This document shows positions 10,132 through 21,632 of a stretch of DNA of 64,000 nucleotides, in pieces. The notes under the pieces are model-generated. The model saw nothing but the letters and a program-made list of their open reading frames with translations, ran no database searches and was not told the DNA's origin. Where the stretch lies: NCBI GenBank assembly GCA_038087875.1, contig CM075981.1:19158001-19222000 (forward strand). Reading direction: 5' to 3'. The DNA comes from Malacoraja senta (taxonomy: Eukaryota). How positions within the stretch are numbered: the first letter of the stretch is position 1; each line of letters begins with the position of its first letter. The translations under genes were made by a program, and so were the position numbers.

Positions 10132-11224
10132 GGAGATCATGTAACAGATCCAGGTTATTGAGGTTAATGGCAGTTAAGGCTGTGGGGAGAATATAAAGGG
10201 GCCTCAAGGGGTGAAGGAAAAGGCAGATGGAATATCAGGTGAGAAAAAATGTGAGGAATACTGCAGTATGGGAGAGGCAATACTGGCACCCATAGAAGAT
10301 ATTAAAGGGAGCACCAGACTGAAGTAGTACTGAGGGTTGCTGCTGTGGAGGAGTGTGGAGCCGAGGAAGTGCATACTGAGGGAGGAGTCGCACTGAGAGG
10401 GTGCAACACTGTAGGAAGAGCAGCACTGAGGGAGTAGTGCACTATCAAAAGGGCAGTACTGAGTGTGCACCACTGTGCAAAGAAAGTGCTAAGGGCCTCC
10501 CGCACCGTGGGATGGGGAAAGAGAACTACCAGGATTACCCCAGAAAAACAGGAAATTTCAACATGCTGACTCTACTCGTCGTTCTCATAATGATTTAACA
10601 CACTAAACCGGAACTCTTACTCTGAATATACACTGCCAGAAATTCTGTGTCAGCGGTTTCCAGAAAACGAACCCTTGCAATAAATGAAACAATAATTTAC
10701 CCAAAGGCACAGTAATTTCTGGACACCGATCAACAACACAGCATTCCAACTCCACAGCCTATTTTGTAAACCCCTCCAGTCCATAACCCCTCCAATCCTT
10801 ACACCTGCTATTTCTGTAACCTCTCTAGCCCATAAATCCCTTCCTATCTCCGTAATCTTTCCACCCTTGCACATGCCCACCTCTGTGATCCCTTTCAGCC
10901 CCTACATCACAGTGGCACCACCTGGTTCAAAAGGCAGTTTTGCTGGTACTCTGCACTGTGGGTAAAGCAGTTGTAATGAGACTCAGCTCTGTGTGACGGG
11001 CACTTCCAATGGCACTGTGGGAATGGCAGCAGATCAATATAGAAACTCAGTACTGTTGGCGGGCAGCTGATGGGACGCTACACAATATGAGGGGCAGTTC
11101 CGATGGGAATGCACTGTGGGTGGTCAGTTCTGATGAACTCTGAACTGTGTGAAGGGCAGTTTTGAGTCAATGCTGTATTTTCTGAGGTTCTCATCCTCAA
11201 CAGACTTCTATCCTTAGACGGGTG

Positions 11225-11855
11225 CGAAGGAGTCTGTGCCAGCTCCCACCCATGGTTTCAGGACAATAACCTTTCTCTCAATGTCAGCAAGACAAAGAAG
11301 CTAGTTATTGACTTCAGGAAGTGTGGTGGAGTACTTGCCGCATCAGCTTCATTGGTGCCAAAGTGGAAATGGCTGAGAGTTTCAAGTTCTTTTGCATTAA
11401 TATCACTAACATTCTGTCGTAGTCCAATCATATCGATGCCACATCCAAGAAGGTACACCAATGCATTGACTTCTTTAGGCGACTCGGGAAATTAGGCATG
11501 TTTTCAATGTCTCTTACCAACTTCTTGAGATGCACCATATAAAATATACAACTTACATCACAGCTTGGTTTGGGAACAGTTCTGCCCGACAACAAGAATT
11601 TGCAGAGAGTTACAGATGCAACCTAGTCTATCACACAGATCAGACTTCCCACCATTGATCCATCTACAATTCATGCTGCCTTGGAAAAGCAGCCAACATA
11701 ATCAAAGATTTGTCCCGCACCGGTTATTCCTTCTTCTCTCTGCTCCCATTTGGTAGAAGATACAGAAGCTTGAAAGCACACCCTACCATATTAGGAACAA
11801 CTCCTTCTCTTTTGTTATCGGGTTTCTGAACCATCCTTCCATAAGCCAGAGTAGT
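11225..11855 (+). mobile_element. Rex1/Babar-like LINE remnant; continues after the hAT at 15283-15460
   Basis: Degenerate LSLNVSKTKKLVIDFRK...FKFF.I.IT..LS motifs; the sequence resumes after the hAT TSD. Confidence 0.7.
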
Positions 11856-12194
11856 GTCAGATTCAGGGCCGGATTTACGTATAACTAGACAAGGCTTAAG
11901 CTTAGGGCCTCGAGACCTAGGGGGGCCTCGACCCGCTCCACCAAGATGTATAAAACTTTTGACACAGTGGCGTTGTTACAAAACCTACCATCAGTGGCGC
12001 TGTGCGATAGTGGCGTTGTTACAAAACGTACCATCGGTGATGCTGTTCTTGCGATTCCAGAGGCTTTGGTGGTGTGGGGGGGGTGATTAAAATGCGGGTG
12101 AGGTTCATATTCGTTGTGGAGAGGAATGTGCTCCAAAGATCCTTGGAACCTTGGAAGTGCAGGACAAAGCAAAAGGTATGTAGTTTATTTAACC

Positions 12195-13420
12195 CTTTTC
12201 CCCTGCCGAACCTCGCTGCCGCACCAGGCCTACCCACCTCTGCGCCACACCGGGGGCCTACCCACCTCCGCGCCACACAGGGGGCCTACCCACCTCCGCG
12301 CCACACCAGGGGCCTACCCACCTCCGCGCCACACCGGGGGCCTACCCACCTCAGCGCCACACAGGGGCCTACCCACCTCCGCGCCACACAGGGGGCCTAC
12401 CCACCTCCGCGCCACACCGGGGCTTACCCACCTCCGCGCCACACCGGGGGCCTACCCACCTCAGCGCCACACAGGGGGCCTACCCACCTTCGCACCACAC
12501 CGGGGGCCTACCCACCTCCGCGCCGCTCCGGTCCTACCCACCTCTGCGCCGCACCAGGGCTACCCACCTCCCCGCCACACAGGGGGCCTACCCACCTCCG
12601 CACCACACCGGGGGCTTACCCACCTCCGCGCCACACCGGGGGCCTACCCACCTCAGCGCCACACAGGGGGCCTACCCACCTCCGCGCCGCACCGGGGTCC
12701 TACGCACCTCGCTGCCTCACCGGAACCATCGAACCTCGCCGCCCCACCGACTATCCGCCCACCGGGACCTCCCACGCTTTGCCCACTGACCCTCGCCACT
12801 CCACCGCCCTCCAGCAGCCCGCAGCCATCACCTTACCTGCAGCCTGGACTCAGCACCGGGCTGAAGTTTCCATGTTGCAGACTCCAACTCCACTGAGTTT
12901 GACTGCGCTGGGTCCTAGTGCTAGTGTCCCATACTTAGTAACCTCAGTGGCTGTTCCACTGGGTCTTCCCCATTCTCCTCAAACCATGTGACCCCAGCTC
13001 TTCCCCACCCACACTACAGTCCTCATACCGCCCTACCCCCTGACCACCCATCACCCCCCCACCAGACATCGCCTCGGCCTCAGTCCACTCACCTGCCTTC
13101 CCCCGGCCCCAACCCCCATCCCTGCCATGTGTTCATCATCCCCCCTGTCCTCCCCCTCTCAGATACTGAATGGTCTGTCCTCAGTAGAGGCCTCACCTTT
13201 GGCCCCCTCCGTCCCCACCGCAATGAGTTCCGTGCCCGCCGCGATTTGAAGCTCTTCTTCCGTCGCCTCCGCCTCACACCGTTCTTCCATGGGAAGGAGT
13301 CCTCGCCCCCATTGATGATCCCTTTTCCCATCTCCAACCTCCTCTTAGACCCCCCTCATGGCCATCTTCCAGCTTTAGACCATTTTATTTTAACTGCCAG
13401 CGGGACATCAACCGCCTCAA
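12195..13420 (+). mobile_element. Penelope-like element 5' portion (minisatellite plus ORF N-terminus) inside the hAT
   Basis: PCHVFIIPP.LPLSDTE.SVLSRGLTF.PLRPH.NEFRARRD..LFFRRLRL resembles the PLE ORF N-terminal region that precedes the RT. No RT or 3' end follows. Confidence 0.7.
12225..12715 (+). repeat. GC-rich ~27-29 bp minisatellite (cctacccacctccgcgccacacc/agggggg), roughly 17 copies
   Basis: Directly visible tandem units with variable G-run length. Confidence 0.92.
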
Positions 13421-13673
13421 CACTATATAATACCATGTAATTCTGTGTTCAGGGAAGTGGCGAGAGGACAGCCAAGTGTCTGTGTTGCTCACTTGGCTGG
13501 GATTTGTTTTCCTTGCCACTTCCATCGGCCAATAATTAGTAAAGTTTTGAATTGGTCTACCAAACTGCTTTGTGAGTTGTCTGTTTATTAAAAAGTGAAC
13601 CTGTTTGTTTAGTTATAAGTTAGCCTTTTTCAAGCAGATTTGATTCAGATTTGAATCAGGTTTTGCAAAATAA

Positions 13674-14710
13674 TTGTCAATAAGGAACAATTCTTTAAGA
13701 AATATTTCCCAACGGGAGGCACATGCAAAAGCCACCGAAGCTATTTTGGAAAGTTACAGCGCTATCACTGATGCCCTCAGTCATTTGTACTCTGATGTTA
13801 ATGTGAAGGGTGATACCAGACTTCAAGCTAACAATCTTTTGCTGATAATGGAAGAACTGGAATTTGTGTTTATGTTGCATTTTTGGACCTGGTCTGCTAG
13901 GTCATTTCCACAAGGTCAACAAAGCCATTCAGAAATCCAAACTGTTATTGTGTACTTGTGCAAGTTTGAACAGTTCACTTCAGGATTTTGTAAGCAAAAT
14001 TAGAGAAGATTTTGATGAGCTTGAGCAACAAGCAAAGGCCACCTTGCCAGATGTTAACTACAGAACTGTCACAGGGAGACAAAGAGTAAGGAAATGGCAA
14101 GGAAATGATGGAAGTGCACCTCGTCCTGATGCTTTAGATAAACTCTCTTCAAGAGATAAGTTTAGGATAAAATCCTTTATTCCTACACTAGATGCACTTG
14201 AAACCAATTTAAAAAGAAGAGGTACTGTGTACAGTGAAGTTACACAACAGTTTCAACACCTTTGCTGAATTGGTCTTTCTGTGCAAGAAATTCAGCAAGG
14301 TGTTGAACTGTTGATGGAAGCATACCCAGAAGATGTTGACCTGAAACTTACTGATGAACTTTTGCACTTTCACTCATACGTGAGACAAAGCCATAGGCAG
14401 ACAGAAGAGCACTCTCTGTCTCATACAGACCTTTATCAAATAATATGCAAGGAAACAATTCAGATGGCCTTCCCTAATGTGGAAGCAATCTTGCGGCTGT
14501 TTATTAGCTTAATGGTCACCTACTGCTCGGGAGAGAGGTCTTTTTCAAGACTCAAAAGAATTAAAAATGAATTAAGTTCCACAATGTCTCAAGACAGGTT
14601 GTCTGCACTGAGCATTCTGTGCATTGAGAGTGACAAACTTAGACAAACAGATCTTGGTCAACTTCTGGATGATTTTGCTATGAAGAAGGCGAGAAAAAAA
14701 ACATTTTTGC
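13674..14710 (+). pseudogene. hAT transposase C-terminal remnant (frameshifts and stops)
   Basis: REAHAKA.EAI, and the dimerization-domain motif FPNVEAILRLF...CSGERSFSRLKRIKNEL.STMSQDRLSALSILCIE, split over three ORFs. Confidence 0.9.
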
Positions 14711-17700
14711 TCTTAGTGTATTTGTTGTTTCTTTATTTCTTAATATTCAAGATTCAATCAAGAGACATTTATTGTCACATGCACCAATTGGTACAATGAA
14801 ATTTGGGGGTCACCATCCGACGTCAGAACGGGAGAACATTCTCAGCGGCTTGGACTTCCGAATCGACCAGTTCCTACCGGAGACCGCGGCTCCCGAAGTC
14901 CACAGGCTGAGCTGGGCGGAGATTCATGCTGGCGGCCCTCGGCAAAGGGATCCCAGGGCTCCGCGAGGTTGAAATCAGCGCGGCCCGAGGCTGGGAGCTC
15001 CGCACACCACAGCTCCATGATGTTGAAGCAGCAGGCCCAACACTCCAGAGCTTCAAAAGGCGATCCAGGTAAGGCATCGCATGCTCCGCGATGAATCCAA
15101 CATGTATTTAAAAACCAACTGTTTAATGACAACATACAGTAGGATCTAAAAGTGTCACACTGTCACTGTCGGGTAGTCATGGTCCTCTAGTTGTGGGGGT
15201 GGGGTATTGGGAGGGGGGGGTGCGCCTCACAAGTGAAATAGCCCAGGGCCTCTCTTCATCTAAATCCGGCCCTGGTCAGATTCACCTTTACCCATTTGCA
15301 GACATTGGTCTTTGTCTATGGAACTGATGCATTACAATGTTGAGAGCTATCTTCTGCATTCTGTATCTCCCCCGTTGCTCTATTGTATTATAGTTTGACT
15401 TGATTGCATTTATGTGGAGTATTATCTGATTTGACTGGATCGCATGCAAAGCAAAGCTCTTCACTGTACTGTAAATTAACCCTTATTAATTCATGCCATT
15501 TACTACCTTTACCACACATATGTGCATGCCACCCTTTACATGGTATTACGTACTATACAAAGGCTCTCTCTCTCTCTCGCTCGGGCACACTAGTCAGTAA
15601 AGCCAGACGCGAGCAGCTGGCTGTTTGAATGTTCCTGTGTACTTAATGGAATAAAGTTGGATTTCACCATGCATGTGTTTTTCATATGGGCCGCCGATAA
15701 ACATGTACCTTGCAGCACATGACAATAACAAACCTGTGGAGTTGTGCTCAGTCTCCTGGAGTAATGTGAACAGGAGGGAAGCACCAGGCAGCGCCAAAAT
15801 ATAGCGACAGTGCATTTGTGGTTGTGCAAAAGAATCTCACTGTGCTGTGCGTACGTGACAATAAAGAACCATTGAAGGAGTTGCATTGTGGGGACAGTAC
15901 TATTTGCAGTATTAAGCTGCCGTCTCACAAGCTTTGCACATACCCTCCCAGCAAACCCGCCCTGCATTTTTACTGTGCTAAAGGTAGCATTGAATTGTTT
16001 CCAGAAACTCTGTGCAGAGGTTACCAGAACATGAACCCTTGCAATCAATTCAACAATAATTTACTCAAAGTCACAGGAACTTCTCGGTGGTGATCAACAA
16101 CACAGCACTCCAACTCCAACCCCTTTTCCCTAAACTCCTCCAGTTCATAACTAACTCCAATCTTTTTAACCTTCCCACCCCTGGAGTTGCTCCGTCCTAC
16201 TGCCTTTAATCAGTGGGAGCCATCACTTGTTGCAGCTTGCATCCTTTTCAGGACAGACGATGACAGCGATGTCAACATTTGAAACATGGAAGATGGACAC
16301 GAAAGAAGAAGAAGATTGCCTTTAATGACCTGTACACGCATGGTCCCATTTGCGTCTGCCCCTCCACACAACTCAATCCCCTGCTGTGAGATGTTTATCC
16401 CCGTCACGCTGCAGCTTGTTACCAATCTCACATTATTACATAGTGATAACTGGCAAGCTGATGCCTTGCAAGCACCACCAAGCTCCGTGCACCATTCAGC
16501 TACTGTCTAGGTCTGAAGAAATGTTACACAGGTGTGAGACGTGTTCATCAGAGCTCAAGAGTTTAACAAGGTACAGCCAAAGATTAGCAGATGTCAGGAA
16601 AGCCAGTTAAAAAAATACATTCCTCAGCTCGCCTGCAGTCATCTCACATGACACACCCCAGTTTCCGAAAATGCTTTATTTCAGCAGATCAAAATAATAA
16701 AACCACAACTTTACCACTCTGCAGTGACACTTTTCCCCACCCAAAGTATATACTCATTGAATCTCCTCACACAGCCTGAGATGCAGTAATCCCCAGCATG
16801 AACAATACAGACTCACAAAATCCTACACTTCCCCAATCAAAATCAGCACATATATTGAATCCCCTCACGCAGCCCAAAGACACTATCCCCCATCAGCGAA
16901 ATTCCAGACCCATTGTACCCACTTTCGCAGCCCATGGACACTCTCCACTTCCACTGATTCTACCCACAGCCACCAGACACCCTCCTCCATCATATACACT
17001 CCCTGCCCACTGAATCGTCTCCCATAATCATGGACATTCTCCCTTACAATAGACCCTCCCCACCTATACACTCTCCCACAGCCCACATACATTATTTTTC
17101 CTTGTTAAACACAATGAAACTCAAGTAATACACCCCCTGCAGTTTCCACGCTTTCTCCCCAATTCAGTCCATCCCCACTTATATCTGTGATACTTTGGAC
17201 ATCCTTCACCACTTGGACAGGTTCTAACTACCTAGCCCTGACAAGCGCATCCTTACCAGACACATACAATCATTCTCCACCTCCATCCACATCAGGAGAT
17301 TCAGAGAGTCCTCTACTTCTTCTTTGAACAGAGGCCCAAACAGATTTCTTCACCAACACACTCATTCACTGGACATCCTTACGTTGAACAACTCCACTCA
17401 CATTCTTCAGATCAAGGGTGTTGCTTTGAACCCTTGCCTGGGCCCAAACCACACCTGTGTTTTTGTGGGATATGTGGAATGGTCCATGTTTCAGTGGTGC
17501 TGCTTCCTGCACTCACATGAAACATTTCACACCTTTTGCTGCCAGTTTCCACTTGCTCTCACCTGCGCATGGCCTACCTATGCGTTTCAGACTGTGGAAA
17601 AGTCCTTACTCAAAGCATCATATGTCCATTTCCTTACATAGATCCTGCTTGGCCTGCTGAATTCCACCAGAACTTTTGTTTTTGCTGACCTATAGGTCTG

Positions 17701-17738
17701 TGGTCTCCTGTATTGTTAAATCAAGGACAAGTTACATA

Positions 17739-18047
17739 GGGCGGCACTGTGGTACAGCGATATAGTTGCTGCCTTACAGTGCGAAAGACCTCAGGTTCGA
17801 TCCTGATTACAAGTGCAGTCTATACAGAGTTTGTTCGTTCTCCCGTGACTGCATGGGTTTTCCCCGGGTGCTCTGGTTTCCTCCAACACTCCAAAGACAA
17901 ACAGGTTTGTAGGTTAATTGGCTTCAGTAAAGATTGTAACGTCTCTAGTGTGTACGATAGTGCTAGTGTACGGGGATCGCTGGTCAACACGGACTCAGTG
18001 GAGTGGGCCGAAGGGTTGGTTTCCGTGCAATATCTCTTAACTAAACT
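17739..18047 (+). mobile_element. V-SINE-type SINE, near full length
   Basis: gggcggcactgtggtacagcg head with A/B-box-like motifs, V domain, ctaaac tail. Confidence 0.85.
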
Positions 18048-18099
18048 GAACCAATACATCGATTGGGATAAAACATCTCTTCCTCCATCTGTGCATGTT

Positions 18100-18370
18100 G
18101 CAGCCTTCAGGACTTACTGTCAAATTCTTCAACTTTGCAGAACCCTGTTTGCCATTTCTACTGTAGGCTCTCCTCTTCCTTTCTTCTTCCCCCCCCCTCT
18201 CCCCCCCATCCCCACCCCTCCCCACCTCCCCCCCCCCCCTCCCCCCCCTCCCCCCCTCCCCCCCCGCATCAGTCTGAAGAAAGGTTTCGGCCCGAAACGT
18301 TGCCTATTTCCTTCCCTCCATAGATGCTGCCGCACCCACTGAGTTTCTCCAGCACTGTTGTCTTTCTCCA
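18100..18370 (+). mobile_element. Penelope 3' terminus (pLTR) fragment; older PLE body remnants at about 17150-17700
   Basis: catcagtctgaagaaaggtttcggcccgaaacgttgcc...ctgagtttctccagca, the same terminus as the other PLE copies. Confidence 0.75.
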
Positions 18371-20329
18371 TTTATAACGTTGACTCTGTTTTTCTCTCTC
18401 CATAACCCCTGCTTGACCTGCTGTGCATTTCCAGCATCTCTTTATAGTTTCAGTTTTAAACTGAATTGCAGTTCATAGCTTTTACACATCCTTTATTTTC
18501 TCTTTCTTTCTAACTGTACATTTTAACCCTTCATCACAATAACCAAAAACACTGGGGACATCTGGGAAAACCTTGCTTCACCTACTAGAGGTCATTCCTC
18601 GTTTTATCCACCTCTACCCCCAATCTGTTTTTTGAATTTTCTCCCAGTTTTTCAACACCCTCGGCTATAAGGGGAAAAGGTGAGATTCCCGGCTGTGGGA
18701 ATGGGGATGGGATCAATACTCCATCTTGTAATGGTTGCCAGCGAGTATATGCCAGCAGAGGTCAGGCAGTTGTGGTGGTCAATAAGCCGGCAACTACGGA
18801 GGTGTGTTGCATATCAGATCTCTGCAGTTTCTGATAGTTGGCTCCGTTTATTTTCAGAATAACGTTTACTTCCTCATTTTTTTTTCTGCATTTTCTGAGA
18901 AATGCTTGCAAATAAAGTAACATTGAATCATTGAAACTGTTTCCAGCTATGAGAACACATTCTCAGATTGTGCAAGTAACGGAAACTCATCCAAACCTCA
19001 AGCACGCAGTGCCCATGTCATCCCATTTTACAAATTAAAAACAGACATCCCACTTAACCAAACCGACTGTACAAATTTGAGGACTTCTTCCACCATAGGC
19101 CTCATCACAGTCTCTCTCGTAGACATTCCCCTTCAGCCCCTTCACTGTTCCCTCTGTAACACCACTAGTCCTTACACCCCTATCTTTGAAATCCCCCCAG
19201 TGCCTGCACCTATCCCTACATCTATAATCTCTCCAGTCCCTAAACCCTCATTTTCTCTGTAATCCCTCCATCCCTTACACCCTTCTGTCTCTGAACCCTC
19301 TCCAGTCGCTCTAACCATGATCTCTGAAATCCCACCAGCCCTTAACACCTTCCACTTTCAGTAACCCCTCCAGATCCTATGCTTTCTCAAAAATCCAATC
19401 GCTACACTGTAAAACCCTTCTGGCCCAATAACCCTTTTTATCTTCATAATCCCCTCTAAAAATTCTCAAAGTTGTTTGGTCAAGTATATGGATAGGAAAT
19501 GTTTAGAGGGATGTGGACCAATTGCAGATAAATGAGCCTAACTTAGATGGGGGATTATGGCCGACATGAAATGAAAATGAAATGCCTTTATTTGTTGTTG
19601 TAAGCACTGCATACAAAGAAATTGTTGTTGCCACTCCATTGGTGCATAATATACAAACATAAAAACACAGGACACAATTTAAATACAATGTTAAAAACTA
19701 GGTATTAAAGTAAGTAATCAGTACTGTACATGGTGATAGTAAAAGTTAAAGGCGAGTAGCAGCATGGAAGAGTGTAGCATGAATAATACTCAGTGTTTTT
19801 TCATGTTGAGTGTGAAGATTGCTTTGGGGAAGAAACTGTCTGAGTCTGGAGGTGTGCGTTTTGGCTGACCTGTAACGCCTGCCAGAGGGCAACAGTTCAA
19901 AAAGGTGGTGACCGGGGTGTGTGGAGTCTTTGATGATTTTAGTGGCTTAGGCCAAAGTGTCTGTTTACATGCTGTATGACACCCTTCTTATTTTTGTAAC
20001 CACCTCCAGCCCTACCACCCATTCAGTTTTCTACCCCTCCAGGCCCTACATCCACTCAAGCATCCAATCTCCAAACATCTCCTTATCTCTGTAACCCACT
20101 CCAGCCTTAATGTCCTTCTTTACCCGAACAAGCCCTTCTAACCTTCCCTATTTTTAGAAGTCCCTGATAGTTTCGTCACTCTCCTGTAACTAGCTATAAA
20201 CCAGTCAGTACACAGATTTCATCCTGAGAGAGAGGGAGCAGTCAATGTACAGATAACTCCCTTGGAGTGAGAGACACCAGTCAAGTGTACAGAAATCCCT
20301 CTGAGAGAGACGGACTGAGAGAAATGAGC

Positions 20330-21632
20330 CAGCACCGCCATTCAATATGATCATGGCTGATCCTGCTTTTACCCAATATCCCTTGATTCCTTCAGCCCTA
20401 AGAGCTAAATCTAACTCTTTTGAAAACATCCAGTGAATTGGCCTCCACTGCCTTCTGAGTCAGAGAATTCCACAGATTCACAACTCTCTGGGTGAAGAAT
20501 TTTTTCCTCATCTCAGTCCTAAATGTCCTATGCCTTATTCTTAAATTGTGAGCCCTGGTTCTGGACTCCCCCAACATCGGTAACATTTTTCCTGCATCTC
20601 TCCTGGCCAATCCTTTAAGAATTTAATATGTTTCTATAAGATTTCCTCTCATCCTTCTATATTCTATTGAATACAAGCCCAGTCGACCCATTCTTTCATC
20701 AGATGTCAGTCCCGCCATCCCAGGAATGAGCCTGGTGAACTTGTGCTGCACTCCCTCACTAGCAATAATGTCCTTTCTCAAATTAGGAGACCATAATTGC
20801 ACACAATACTCCAGGTGCGGTCTCACTAGGGCCCTGTACAACTTCAGTAGGACCTTCCTGCTCCTAAACACAAATCCTCTCGCAATGAAGGCCAGCACGC
20901 CATTAGCTTTCTTCACAGCTTGCTGTACCTGCATGCTTACTTTCTGTGACTGATGTGCAAGCACACCCAGGTCTCATTGCACCTCCCCTTTTCTTAATCT
21001 GACACCATTCAGATAATAATCTGCCTTCCTGTTTTTGCCATCAAAGTGGTAACCTCACATTTATCCACATTATATTGCAACTACCATGCATCTGCCCACT
21101 CACCCAACCTATCTAAATCACCCTGCAGCCTCATAGCATCCTACTCGCAACTCACACTGCCACCCAGCATTGAGTCATCCGCAAACTTGGAGATGGTACA
21201 TTTAAATCCTTTGTCTAAATCGTTAATATGTATTGTAAATAACTGGGGTCTCAGCACTGAGCCTTGAGACACCCCACTAGTCACTGCCTGCCATTCTGAA
21301 AAGGACCTGTTAATTCCTACTCTTTGATTCCTGTGTGCCAACCAGTTCCCTATCCCCTGACATCAGTCTGAAGAAGGGTCTCGACCCACAACGTCACCCA
21401 TTCCTTCTCTCCAGAGATGCTACCTGTCCTACGGAGCACACAGTTTCCTACACAGTTCTCTATCCATATCAAAACCCTACCCCCAATACCATGTGCTCTA
21501 AATTTGCACACTAATCTCTTGTGTGGGACCTTGCCAAAGGCTTTTTGAAAGTCCAGATACACCACATCCACTGGCTCTCCCTTACCCTTTCTACTTGTTA
21601 CATCCTCAAAAGATTCCATAAGATTATTCAAG
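20330..21632 (-). mobile_element. CR1 LINE (host of the L1), with a small PLE terminus inserted at about 21357-21440
   Basis: VDVVYLDFQKAF.KVPH, SGVSQGSVL, RPHLEYCVQLWSP motifs on the minus strand. Confidence 0.9.

Larger units (their letters stand above)
11864..15274 (+). mobile_element. hAT DNA transposon, internally deleted, carrying nested retroelement fragments
   Basis: 14-bp TIRs CAGGGCCGGATTTA / TAAATCCGGCCCTG; exact 8-bp TSD GTCAGATT (11856-11863 and 15275-15282). Confidence 0.95.

Noticed and set aside
12225-12715. Regular repeat array considered as CRISPR-like
   Set aside because: Head-to-tail units with no unique spacers, in a vertebrate context with no cas genes.
12074-12991. 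305-aa and 260-aa Pro/His/Gly repeat ORFs
   Set aside because: Read-through of the GC-rich minisatellite; variable unit length shifts frames and there is no protein signal.
16210-16431. Minus-strand ORF with VQVIKGNLLLLSCP resembling an Ig A'/B strand (candidate missing V exon)
   Set aside because: No Trp or D-x-G-x-Y follows, it crosses a TSD-flanked insertion, and it lies upstream of gene A's signal exon.
18690-18835. Plus-strand frame ending CCISDLCSF*, similar to the Ly6/uPAR CCxxDLCN motif
   Set aside because: It lacks the Asn, the other LU cysteine spacing and suitable splice sites.
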